From positions 91,742 through 155,741 of the forward strand of contig CAWATN010000013.1 of assembly GCA_963784945.1 (NCBI GenBank): DNA of 64,000 nt. Direction: 5' to 3'. The translations under genes were made by a program, and so were the position numbers. The notes under the pieces were generated by a model that saw nothing but the letters and a program-made list of their open reading frames with translations, was not told the origin of the DNA and ran no database searches. This DNA is from an uncultured Thermoleophilia bacterium. Its GTDB lineage: Bacteria; Actinomycetota; Thermoleophilia; Gaiellales; Gaiellaceae. Shown piece after piece: positions 9,009 through 16,954 of this stretch. How positions within the stretch are numbered: position 1 is the stretch's first letter; every line of letters begins with the position of its first letter.

Positions 9009-10079
9009 CTATGCCAAGATTCTCGAAGCTGGCGGCGCGGGCTGACGCGAAGGCGCGAGCGCTACGCCGAGAGTGACTCCCGCGATTCCGAGCACGCCGA
9101 CCGTCTGCCAGGGGGGGCCGTTGCCAGTCCCGTTGCCGATAACCATGAGCACGGGCAAGAACCACGCCAGCGACAGCCGCGGCCGCATGACGGCAACCGG
9201 GCCGAGCAGCAACGCGAACGAGTGCATCCACACGATCGGTGAAGCGACGATCATCGCCGTGACGGCCAGTGAGAATGACCTTCGATCGTCACCCCGCCGG
9301 CCCATGACCACGCTGCCGGCGAGAACCCCCAACGCGAGGACGATCCCCACCAGGCGGGCAAGATCGACGCTCGCCCCGAGGTCGAGGAGCATGACCTTGA
9401 CCGTGTAACTCTCCGACGATACAGCGCGATTGAGGGACCCCAGGTTGGACGGGTAGGCGGCAAGCCCCGAGAAGCCAAGTGTCCCCCAGAGGACAAAGGT
9501 CACGGTGGCAGAGACGACGGCGACGCCGACCGCTGCCGCCGTCCGGCGGGTCGCAGCGAGCCAGACGATGAGCGGCCAGCAGATGATCTTGGCTGCGAAT
9601 GCGAGACCGCCTGCCGCCGCCGCTCGCTTCCAGTGATCTCGCGCATGCCAGCAGACCGACGTGCCGAGTAGAAGCAGGATCGTGACATTGCCGGTCTGCA
9701 CCGCAGCCAGAACAGGGGTCCACAGAAAGCAGACGCTGTAGCAGCGCCAGTCACGCACACCGAGGAACCACAGGCATACAGGGACGCACCCGATAAGCAA
9801 GACGGTGAAAATGACGTTCGGCCCGGGCAGCGCCGTGAGCGGCACCAGCGCAAATGCGACAAGGGGTGGATACCCGTAAGCCGGATAGGGAGAGTGGCCA
9901 GCAGCAATTGCGCGGGCCGCCGGAAGAAGGGTCTGATTCAGATCGATGCCGAGAATGCCGTCCCGATACGCGGCGACGAGGGCAGGCACCAGCACGAAAG
10001 CCGGCAGCAGCATGAACAGAACGACGTTCAGCGGGCGACTAGGGGACGTGCTCGAACGCCAGGATGAGTGAACACGCAT
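9009..10079 (-). CDS. glycosyltransferase family 87 (DUF2029)-like polytopic membrane protein
   Basis: The 356-aa product has many TM segments, and the loop ...GHSPYPAYGYPPLVAFALVPL resembles GT87 mannosyltransferases. Confidence 0.55.
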   Translation of the reverse strand: MRVHSSWRSSTSPSRPLNVVLFMLLPAFVLVPALVAAYRDGILGIDLNQTLLPAARAIAAGHSPYPAYGYPPLVAFALVPLTALPGPNVIFTVLLIGCVPVCLWFLGVRDWRCYSVCFLWTPVLAAVQTGNVTILLLLGTSVCWHARDHWKRAAAAGGLAFAAKIICWPLIVWLAATRRTAAAVGVAVVSATVTFVLWGTLGFSGLAAYPSNLGSLNRAVSSESYTVKVMLLDLGASVDLARLVGIVLALGVLAGSVVMGRRGDDRRSFSLAVTAMIVASPIVWMHSFALLLGPVAVMRPRLSLAWFLPVLMVIGNGTGNGPPWQTVGVLGIAGVTLGVALAPSRQPAPPASRILA

Positions 10080-10208
10080 CGGAGCATCCTACGGACGGCG
10101 TCGGCCGCATCCCGGACACGGATTCGCTACTGCGCGGCCCGGTTTGACGGTCACTGTCAGAAGCGACGAAGGCCAATGTCGGCTGATCGCTCTGCAACAC
10201 TCCCACGC

Positions 10209-10844
10209 ATGCGCGTAGTGATCGCCGACGACCACCGCCTCATGCTCGACGGCATCCGCCGGGCGCTCGAGAGCGACGGCGGCTTCGAGATCGTCGGCGA
10301 GACACAAGACGGGACACAGGTGCGCTCGATCGTCGACCGGACGAGTCCGGACCTCGTGCTTCTCGACGTGCGCATGCCTCGAATGGACGGACTTGCCTGC
10401 CTCGACGAGATTCACAAGCGGTACCCCGAGATCAAGGTCGTAATGCTTTCCGCGTCGACGTCGCCGGAGCTCATTGCAGCAGCGCTTCGCCGCGGCGCGA
10501 GCGCGTATCTCTCGAAGAGTGTCGACCCGACAGATCTCCCCTCGACGCTCCGGCAGATAGCCGGGGGACACGTATGGGGCTCGAGCGGCACCGCCTCCGA
10601 CGAAGGAGACGACGGCCCCAAGGCACTCGGGCTCACGGATCGTGAGATCGCAATCCTGCAGGCACTCGCGCGCGGCCTCTCGAACGCCGAGATCGCGAAG
10701 GAACTGTGGGTGACGCAACAAACGGTGAAGTTCCACCTGACGAACATCTATCGGAAGCTCGGCGCCAAGAATCGAACGCAAGCGACACGGATCGCCCACC
10801 AGCACGGTCTCGTCGACAGTCCGCTCTACGGCGACGAGGAGTAG
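10209..10844 (+). CDS. NarL/FixJ-type response regulator (REC + LuxR HTH)
   Basis: The receiver reads MRVVIADDHRLMLDG...DLVLLDVRMPRMDGL and the C-terminal HTH reads LTDREIAILQALARGLSNAEIAKELWVTQQTVKFHLTNIYRKLG. An alternative ATG lies at 10176. Confidence 0.85.
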   Translation: MRVVIADDHRLMLDGIRRALESDGGFEIVGETQDGTQVRSIVDRTSPDLVLLDVRMPRMDGLACLDEIHKRYPEIKVVMLSASTSPELIAAALRRGASAYLSKSVDPTDLPSTLRQIAGGHVWGSSGTASDEGDDGPKALGLTDREIAILQALARGLSNAEIAKELWVTQQTVKFHLTNIYRKLGAKNRTQATRIAHQHGLVDSPLYGDEE

Positions 10845-10861
10845 GCATTACGGGCCCGAAG

Positions 10862-12358
10862 ATGCCGGACGTCGCACCAAACGGCGACTCCGGTGCTGGC
10901 AGGATGAAGCAGCGATGGATCCAGGGGGTTGTCGACAACAACCTCCTCGTCCTCGTGATCATGCTGCTTGCGACGTTCCTGCTCGTCGTCGGGCGCGCGC
11001 TCCTTGGCGGCGACAGCTGGCTCACTTTCATGGCTGGTCGGGAGATCGTCGAGCATGGCCTCCCACGGCACGAGACGCTGACGACGATCCCGCTCGGGAG
11101 AACGTGGACCGATCAGCAGTGGCTCGCCCAGCTGGTCTTCTACGGGCTCAACCGCGTCGGTGGGCTCGGACTCTCGATCGTCTTCCACGCGCTGATGGTC
11201 ACCACGGCGTTCGCCATCACCGTGGTCACGTCACGGATGCGCGGCGCGTCGTCGCGGATGACGCTCGTCGCCGCAGCCGTCTGCCTGCTTGTCGCGCCCT
11301 GGTCGTGGCAACTGCGGGCTCAGTCGATCGCCCTACCCCTCTTCGCTTTCACCCTCGCGCTGATGGCGACCGACGCCTGCTTGCGTGCGCGGCGTACCTA
11401 CCTCGTGTTTCCGACACTCATCGTCTGGGCGAACATGCACGGTTCGGTGGTGCTGGGGGCGATGCTCGTCTCGTTCGCCGCCGTGCTTTGCCTCCCCGAC
11501 CTCGTTCGCCGACGTCCACACATGACCCCTCTGTGGAGGCTGGCGCTGTTCCTGATTGCCCCCTGGGCCTGCATTCTCGTCTCGCCGTACGGCACCGACC
11601 TCGTCGACTATTACCGCATTCTCCTTGTCGACAGCCCCGTCTCGAAGTTGATCACGGAGTGGCAAGCACCCAAACCGCACGGGTACTTCCTCATCTTCTT
11701 CGTGGTCGCCGCCGTAACGGTGGCGATCGTGATCTGGCAGCGCCGGCGCCTGTCGCTCTACGACATCGGGGTGTTGGCGCTGACGCTCGCCGGGGCCGGG
11801 CGGAGCGTGCGCGCGGTCGTGTGGTTCTCACTCGCGATGGCCATGCTGCTGCCGCTCGCCCTCGACGGCATCGTGCGCCCGAGTGCACAGGCTCCCATCC
11901 ACCGACGACTCGCGCTCGGCCTCACGGGCGCCTTGGCCTGCATTCTCACCGCAACAGCAGTCTTCATGCTCACCCGAAGCGACACTTGGTACGAACACAG
12001 CTGGTCGGCGGGCGGAGCCCGCGCGACGGCGCGCGCCGCAAACACCTCCGGGATCGAGGAAGCAGTGTGGCCGAGCGACGCGTACGCAGACTGGCTGCTG
12101 TGGAAGGAGCCCACGCTTCGAGGGCGAATTGCCTGGGACGTCCGCTTCGAGCTCTTGACCGAGGCGGAGATCCGCTCCATCGTGAGGTTCAAGTCGTACA
12201 AGCCTGGGTGGCGAGCTCCTGTCCGCAGATATCCCATCCTCGTCCTCGACCCCCGCGAGAGCCCCGCGCAGGCGCGGGCTCTTCGACGCGAGCCAGGCAC
12301 AAGGGTCATTTTCGCCGACAGGGCGATGATCGTACTGGTTCGTAGCCCGTCCGGCTAA
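10862..12358 (+). CDS. large polytopic membrane protein of unknown function (possibly GT-C-like)
   Basis: The product is about 500 aa with at least 10 hydrophobic segments and an N-terminal loop GGDSWLTFMAGREIVEHGLPRHETLT...DQQWLAQ. The start could be the ATG at 10862 or at 10904. Confidence 0.55.
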   Translation: MPDVAPNGDSGAGRMKQRWIQGVVDNNLLVLVIMLLATFLLVVGRALLGGDSWLTFMAGREIVEHGLPRHETLTTIPLGRTWTDQQWLAQLVFYGLNRVGGLGLSIVFHALMVTTAFAITVVTSRMRGASSRMTLVAAAVCLLVAPWSWQLRAQSIALPLFAFTLALMATDACLRARRTYLVFPTLIVWANMHGSVVLGAMLVSFAAVLCLPDLVRRRPHMTPLWRLALFLIAPWACILVSPYGTDLVDYYRILLVDSPVSKLITEWQAPKPHGYFLIFFVVAAVTVAIVIWQRRRLSLYDIGVLALTLAGAGRSVRAVVWFSLAMAMLLPLALDGIVRPSAQAPIHRRLALGLTGALACILTATAVFMLTRSDTWYEHSWSAGGARATARAANTSGIEEAVWPSDAYADWLLWKEPTLRGRIAWDVRFELLTEAEIRSIVRFKSYKPGWRAPVRRYPILVLDPRESPAQARALRREPGTRVIFADRAMIVLVRSPSG

Positions 12359-12434
12359 CGGCCCAGCGTTGGATGGTTGATCGGTCATTCACGAGTGAGC
12401 CTGTCATCATCGGGTAGCGGGGACCGGGATCGAC

Positions 12435-12665
12435 GTGTCGAACGTCGGCAGTGTCAGTACTCCGTCGACACAGGAGGCTGCCGTGCGCGCCGACCTCGAC
12501 ATCCTCGTGATCGCGCTTTATCGCGCTGGCTGCGCATTGCTCCTTCCCAGCGAACGCCGCGACACGGCCGTCGGAACTGATCAGCGCAACGAGTTGCTTG
12601 CGCTGATGGTCGCCCAGATGCTCTGCTGGGCCAAGAGCTGCCGGAATTGCCGGGGATCGACTTGA
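12435..12665 (+). pseudogene. IS982-like transposase, N-terminal remnant only
   Basis: The translation ...ADLDILVIALYRAGCALLLPS...DQRNELLALMVAQMLCWAKS... follows the LDxLxxALYxxxDxLLP...ELLxLxVAQxLLGxxSE pattern of IS982-type transposase N-termini. No DDE domain follows it. Confidence 0.35.
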
Positions 12666-12786
12666 CCATTGGCCAGTTGACCCTCTCAGCGTTCCAAACG
12701 ACACTCCAGTGTGCTGAAACATGGTCGTCGCGGCGAGTTATGGCGATCAGAACGGAAGCTACAACCGGGGGAGAAGGAGCGAGGGA

Positions 12787-12990
12787 ATGAGAGTGCTCGA
12801 CGCGATTTCCGCCCGGGTTCAAAACGCATGGTTCGCAACTCGAGACGAGGAATCCGGTCAGACGCTCACCGAGTACGCGCTGATCATCGCTCTTGTTGCG
12901 GTAGCGACTGTCGCAGCGGTCGGCTTCTTCGGCGGCAGGCTCGTCAACCTTCTGTGGCAGGAAGGAAGTTCGGTCGGTAACACCACCTGA
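12787..12990 (+). CDS. flp: Flp family type IVb pilin
   Basis: The ATG at 12787 follows GGAGAAGGAGCGAGGGA. The processing motif is ESG/QTLTEYALIIALVAVATVAAVG (G/XXXXEY), and the hydrophobic mature peptide is about 43 aa. Confidence 0.85.
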   Translation: MRVLDAISARVQNAWFATRDEESGQTLTEYALIIALVAVATVAAVGFFGGRLVNLLWQEGSSVGNTT

Positions 12991-13161
12991 CGGGCTACGC
13001 AGAAAGAATATCGGGGGATAAATCAGTCGGTATTGACCGGGGGATAAGTTCGTCTCAAAACGGGAAATCGAACTGGACTATCCGCCAGTTGAAGATCTGA
13101 TAATTCCAGAGCACAGTTATGCCAACGACGACCTTTCGTCATCTACCAAAGGGAGAGTGTC

Positions 13162-13356
13162 ATGCAGGTTTTCACCAACGTTGTTGTCCGGGCCCAGAAC
13201 GCTTGGTTCGCAGCTCGTGACGAGGAGTCCGGCCAGTCGCTCGTCGAGTACGCGCTGATCGTCGCTCTTGTCGCGGTCGCTTCCATTGCAGCACTCGGCT
13301 TCCTCAGCGGCAAGATCCAGGCCATCTTCTCGAAGGCCGGCAGCTCGATCGCCTAA
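13162..13356 (+). CDS. flp: Flp family type IVb pilin (second copy)
   Basis: The SD is AAAGGGAGAG. The product MQVFTNVVVRAQNAWFAARDEESG/QSLVEYALIVALVAVASIAALG has the same leader architecture as the first copy. Confidence 0.9.
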   Translation: MQVFTNVVVRAQNAWFAARDEESGQSLVEYALIVALVAVASIAALGFLSGKIQAIFSKAGSSIA

Positions 13357-13402
13357 TCGCCCAAAGCGGGCGACCGACGTTGCAGCTTTCGCACCATGCG
13401 AC

Positions 13403-13438
13403 GAGGAAGGGCCGTGCCGACAAGCGCGGCCCTTCCTC
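13403..13438 (+). terminator. stem-loop (attenuator/terminator) between the pilin genes and the assembly genes
   Basis: GAGGAAGGGCCG-N12-CGGCCCTTCCTC forms a perfect 12-bp stem 47 nt after the flp2 stop. The downstream T-tract is weak (GTTCAAG). Confidence 0.5.
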
Positions 13439-13675
13439 GTTCAAGACACAACGTCGGCAAAGAACACGTGCGCCAAGGAGGAATTGAACCTTCCGGCGCG
13501 CACTAGGACGAAGAGGAAGCCCGAACCAGCACGACGTACCAAGCGAGAAAACCAACTCGGATTCGCAAGCTCGACGTAAAGCATCGCTCCTCGGGTGCCG
13601 AGGACCATAGGCGGGCCTGATCGACCACCTGACCCGGCACGCGCCGCAACGTAATGACGGAAGGAGCTCCGCAAG

Positions 13676-14392
13676 ATGGCGAAGAACCTGATGGAGAAAG
13701 TGACAACCTCACGAGGGGGCGCGATCGCCATCGGGGTTACCGTCGCGATCATTGCAGCGATCCTCCTGATCGTCTACCTGACGCGGTACAAGTCGAGCGT
13801 CGACTCGACCGCAGCAGCAGTACCCGTGCTCGTCGCGAAGAACCTGATCCCCAAGGGGACGCCGGGAACCGCCGTCGCTTCGAAGGGGCGCTATCAGAGC
13901 ACATCCGTACCATCGGACAAGGTCCAGCCCGGGGCAATCAGTGATCCCGCGGAGCTCAACGGACGTCTTGCCATTGCGGACATCTACCCGGGAGCACAGC
14001 TCACGCTGAACAACTTCACGGCCGAGGCCTCAGGTGCCCTGAACGCACAGATCGCGGGCAGGGAACGCGGAGTGACGCTGGCGATCGATGTGGTCAACGG
14101 CAGCCTTGCGAACGTTGCCACGGGTGACCACGTCGACCTCTATGTCAAGGTCGACAAGGGCGAACAGCCCACGATCCAGCTCTTCCGATCGAATGTTCTC
14201 GTCCTCTCGGCGCCTGGCGCTGCCGGCGGGAACGTCGTGCTCAGAGTGGGCACCAAGGACTCATCGAACATTCTCTTCGCCGCGACGCAGGCCACGTTGT
14301 ACTTCGTCATCCGCCCAGCGGCCGGAGCCAGCCCATCAGCTCCTTCGCTCGCGAATCTCTCGACCGTGATCGCAACCAGCAGGACTCGCTAA
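13676..14392 (+). CDS. cpaB: Flp pilus assembly protein CpaB/RcpC
   Basis: The SD is GGAAGGAG. The product has an N-terminal TM anchor, then a SAF-like segment VPVLVAKNLIPKGTPGTAV and the typical CpaB length. Confidence 0.8.
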   Translation: MAKNLMEKVTTSRGGAIAIGVTVAIIAAILLIVYLTRYKSSVDSTAAAVPVLVAKNLIPKGTPGTAVASKGRYQSTSVPSDKVQPGAISDPAELNGRLAIADIYPGAQLTLNNFTAEASGALNAQIAGRERGVTLAIDVVNGSLANVATGDHVDLYVKVDKGEQPTIQLFRSNVLVLSAPGAAGGNVVLRVGTKDSSNILFAATQATLYFVIRPAAGASPSAPSLANLSTVIATSRTR

Positions 14393-14396
14393 CTCC

Positions 14397-15602
14397 ATGG
14401 CCGAGACGCTTCGCACGCTGGTTGCGGTCGATAGCGGCCTCGATACCCATGAGCTCGCGAACATCGTCACGAGCGACGGCGTCATCAGCGTCTCGGGCGT
14501 CATCGACGGGATGGACGAAGCGTGGCGGACGTTGCAGGACAGCTCCTGCGACATCCTGGTCGTTGCCTGTCAGGGCTACTCGGAGCGCGCCCTCGCCCTG
14601 ATCGACGGGTCGGTCAAGCAGGATCCGGGCCGCCCGATCCTCGTGCTCGCGGAGGGCGTCCCGAACGGCTTCGTCCGACGCAGCTTCGAAGCCGGCGCAG
14701 ACGACATCCTGATGCTGCCCCAGACGCCCGACCAGGTGCGTTTCTCGATCCTCAAGCTGGTCGCGCGCAAGAGCCGGAAGAACGACGGTACGCCGGGGCA
14801 TCAGGGCCGTCTCATCTGCGTGCTCGGGCCGAAGGGAGGGGCGGGCAAGACCCTGACGAGCGCCAACCTGGGGATCGCGCTTGCGCAGGCAGGGCAACGC
14901 GTCGCGATCGTCGACCTGGACCTGCAGTTCGGGGACGTTGCCCTGTGTCTCGGGCTCGGGCCCGACCGAACGTTCTACGACCTTGCGCTCGCCGGCGGCA
15001 CTCTCGATGCCCAGAAGCTCGCCGCGTACCTGATGACGCATTCGTCAGGTCTCTGCGCGCTGCTTGCGCCGACGCGGCCGGATCAGGCGAGCTCGATCTC
15101 GGTCGAGTTGATCCGCGAGGTGTATGCATCCCTGCGGTCGACGTTCGATTACGTCATCGTCGATACGCCGCCCGGGTTCACCGCTGAGGTGATCGCAACT
15201 ATCGACGCAGCCAGCGATCTCGTCATCGTCGGCATGCTCGACGCCCTCTCGCTCAAGAATACGAAGCTCGGCCTCGAGACTCTCGAGCTAATGGGGTGCG
15301 ACCCGGATTCGATCAAGATGGTGCTCAACAGGGCTCAGAGCCAGGTCGGGATCAGTCAGAGCGATGTGGCAAACGTCCTCGGACGGCAGCCCGATGTCTT
15401 CATCCCGAGCGATCGGGAGATCCCCCGCGCGGTCAACGAAGGCATCCCGATCACCATCGCCAAGCCCGCGTCCGAGGCTGCCAACGCTTTTCGCCAGCTC
15501 GCATCGTTCTTTGTCGACGATGGAATGTCCGAGCCGCTAGCCATGACCACAGCACAGGATTCCGCCCTCGGGCGCCGACGTCTCTTCGGGAGGAAGATCT
15601 AA
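14397..15602 (+). CDS. tadZ: TadZ/CpaE: atypical receiver domain + MinD/ParA-type ATPase
   Basis: The deviant Walker A is GPKGGAGKT. The N-terminal receiver-like fold lacks the phospho-acceptor Asp (CDILVVACQG). Confidence 0.85.
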   Translation: MAETLRTLVAVDSGLDTHELANIVTSDGVISVSGVIDGMDEAWRTLQDSSCDILVVACQGYSERALALIDGSVKQDPGRPILVLAEGVPNGFVRRSFEAGADDILMLPQTPDQVRFSILKLVARKSRKNDGTPGHQGRLICVLGPKGGAGKTLTSANLGIALAQAGQRVAIVDLDLQFGDVALCLGLGPDRTFYDLALAGGTLDAQKLAAYLMTHSSGLCALLAPTRPDQASSISVELIREVYASLRSTFDYVIVDTPPGFTAEVIATIDAASDLVIVGMLDALSLKNTKLGLETLELMGCDPDSIKMVLNRAQSQVGISQSDVANVLGRQPDVFIPSDREIPRAVNEGIPITIAKPASEAANAFRQLASFFVDDGMSEPLAMTTAQDSALGRRRLFGRKI

Positions 15603-16954
15603 TGGAACTCCATGAACGCCTCACAACGACCAGGCCGAACGTTTCTCAGGGGACCCGCGAACCATTTGCGGAGCTGAAGACGCAGGTTCACCTTGCGGTA
15701 ATCGGAGATCTCGGGCCACAGCTCTTCAACGTCACCATGGACCCCGGTGCGTTGCGTGATCGCGTGCTCGTCGACATCCGGCGGCACCTCGCGGCCGAGA
15801 CGACCCTCTCGCGGGACGACCGCGAGCGCCTGAGCAAGGAAATCGCTGACGACATCCTCGGGTACGGCCCTCTCGAGCGGCTGCTCTCCGACGACTCCAT
15901 CTCGGAGATCATGGTCAACGGGCCAGGGGACATCTGGATCGAACGCCAGGGCCGCCTCTACGAGACGACGGTTCGGTTCAACGACGATTCCCACCTCCGC
16001 CGGATCATCAACAAGATGGTCGCTCAGGTCGGGCGTCGCGTGGATGAGTCATCGCCGATGGTCGATGCGAGGCTTCCTGACGGCAGCCGCGTGAATGTGA
16101 TCATCCCGCCGCTCTCGCTCTCGGGCCCGCTCGTCACCATCCGCAAGTTCTCGAAGAAGCGCCTCACGCTCGACGACATGGTCAATCTTGGGACGATCTC
16201 CGCGGAGGGCGTCGAGTTTCTGCGCCTGTGCGTTGCTGCAGAGCTGAACATCCTCATCTCCGGAGGCACCGGAACTGGCAAGACCACGCTGCTGAACGCG
16301 CTCTCGTCTGCAGTTCCCGAGAACGAGCGGATCGTCACGATCGAGGACGCCGCGGAGCTGCAGCTGCACCAGGAGCACGTTCTCCGTCTCGAGGCCCGGC
16401 CGAAGAACATCGAAGGCGAGGGCGAGATCTCGATCCGGGAACTCGTACGCAACGCGCTGCGCATGCGGCCCGATCGGATCATCGTCGGAGAGGTACGTGG
16501 AGCCGAGTCGCTCGACATGCTCCAGGCGATGAACACGGGCCACGACGGGTCGATGTCCACCGTGCACGCCAACTCGCCCCGCGATGCGCTCCACCGCATC
16601 GAGACGATGGTGCTGATGTCTGGGTACGACCTGCCCGTGCGCGCAATCCGGCAGCAGGTCTCCTCCGCACTCGACCTGATCGTCCACCTCGACCGGTTCG
16701 AGGACGGCTCACGCCGGATCTCGCACATCACCGAGGTGCAGCGGATGGAGTCGGACGTGATCACGCTCCAGGATCTCTTCGAGTTCAAGCTCGAGTCGGT
16801 AGCCGCAGACCGGACGATCACGGGAGGCGTCAAGCCGACCGGTCTCCGCCCCATGTTCCTCGCGAAATTCGAAAAGCACGGCGCCGAGCTTCCTGCCCAC
16901 ATGTTCGGCCCGGCTCCGACCACGCTCACCGACATCACGCGGAGGCAAAGGTGA
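15602..16954 (+). CDS. tadA: TadA/CpaF pilus assembly ATPase
   Basis: Walker A is ISGGTGTGKTT, followed by RPDRIIVGEVRG and NTGHDGSMSTVHAN. The ATG overlaps the tadZ stop (TAATG). Confidence 0.95.
   Translation: MELHERLTTTRPNVSQGTREPFAELKTQVHLAVIGDLGPQLFNVTMDPGALRDRVLVDIRRHLAAETTLSRDDRERLSKEIADDILGYGPLERLLSDDSISEIMVNGPGDIWIERQGRLYETTVRFNDDSHLRRIINKMVAQVGRRVDESSPMVDARLPDGSRVNVIIPPLSLSGPLVTIRKFSKKRLTLDDMVNLGTISAEGVEFLRLCVAAELNILISGGTGTGKTTLLNALSSAVPENERIVTIEDAAELQLHQEHVLRLEARPKNIEGEGEISIRELVRNALRMRPDRIIVGEVRGAESLDMLQAMNTGHDGSMSTVHANSPRDALHRIETMVLMSGYDLPVRAIRQQVSSALDLIVHLDRFEDGSRRISHITEVQRMESDVITLQDLFEFKLESVAADRTITGGVKPTGLRPMFLAKFEKHGAELPAHMFGPAPTTLTDITRRQR

Noticed and set aside
12306-12722. 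A 138-aa minus-strand ORF covers the gap between the membrane protein gene and flp1.
   Set aside because: It has no motif or SD. The plus-strand frame here has a more specific, transposase-like pattern, so I treat the minus ORF as a shadow.
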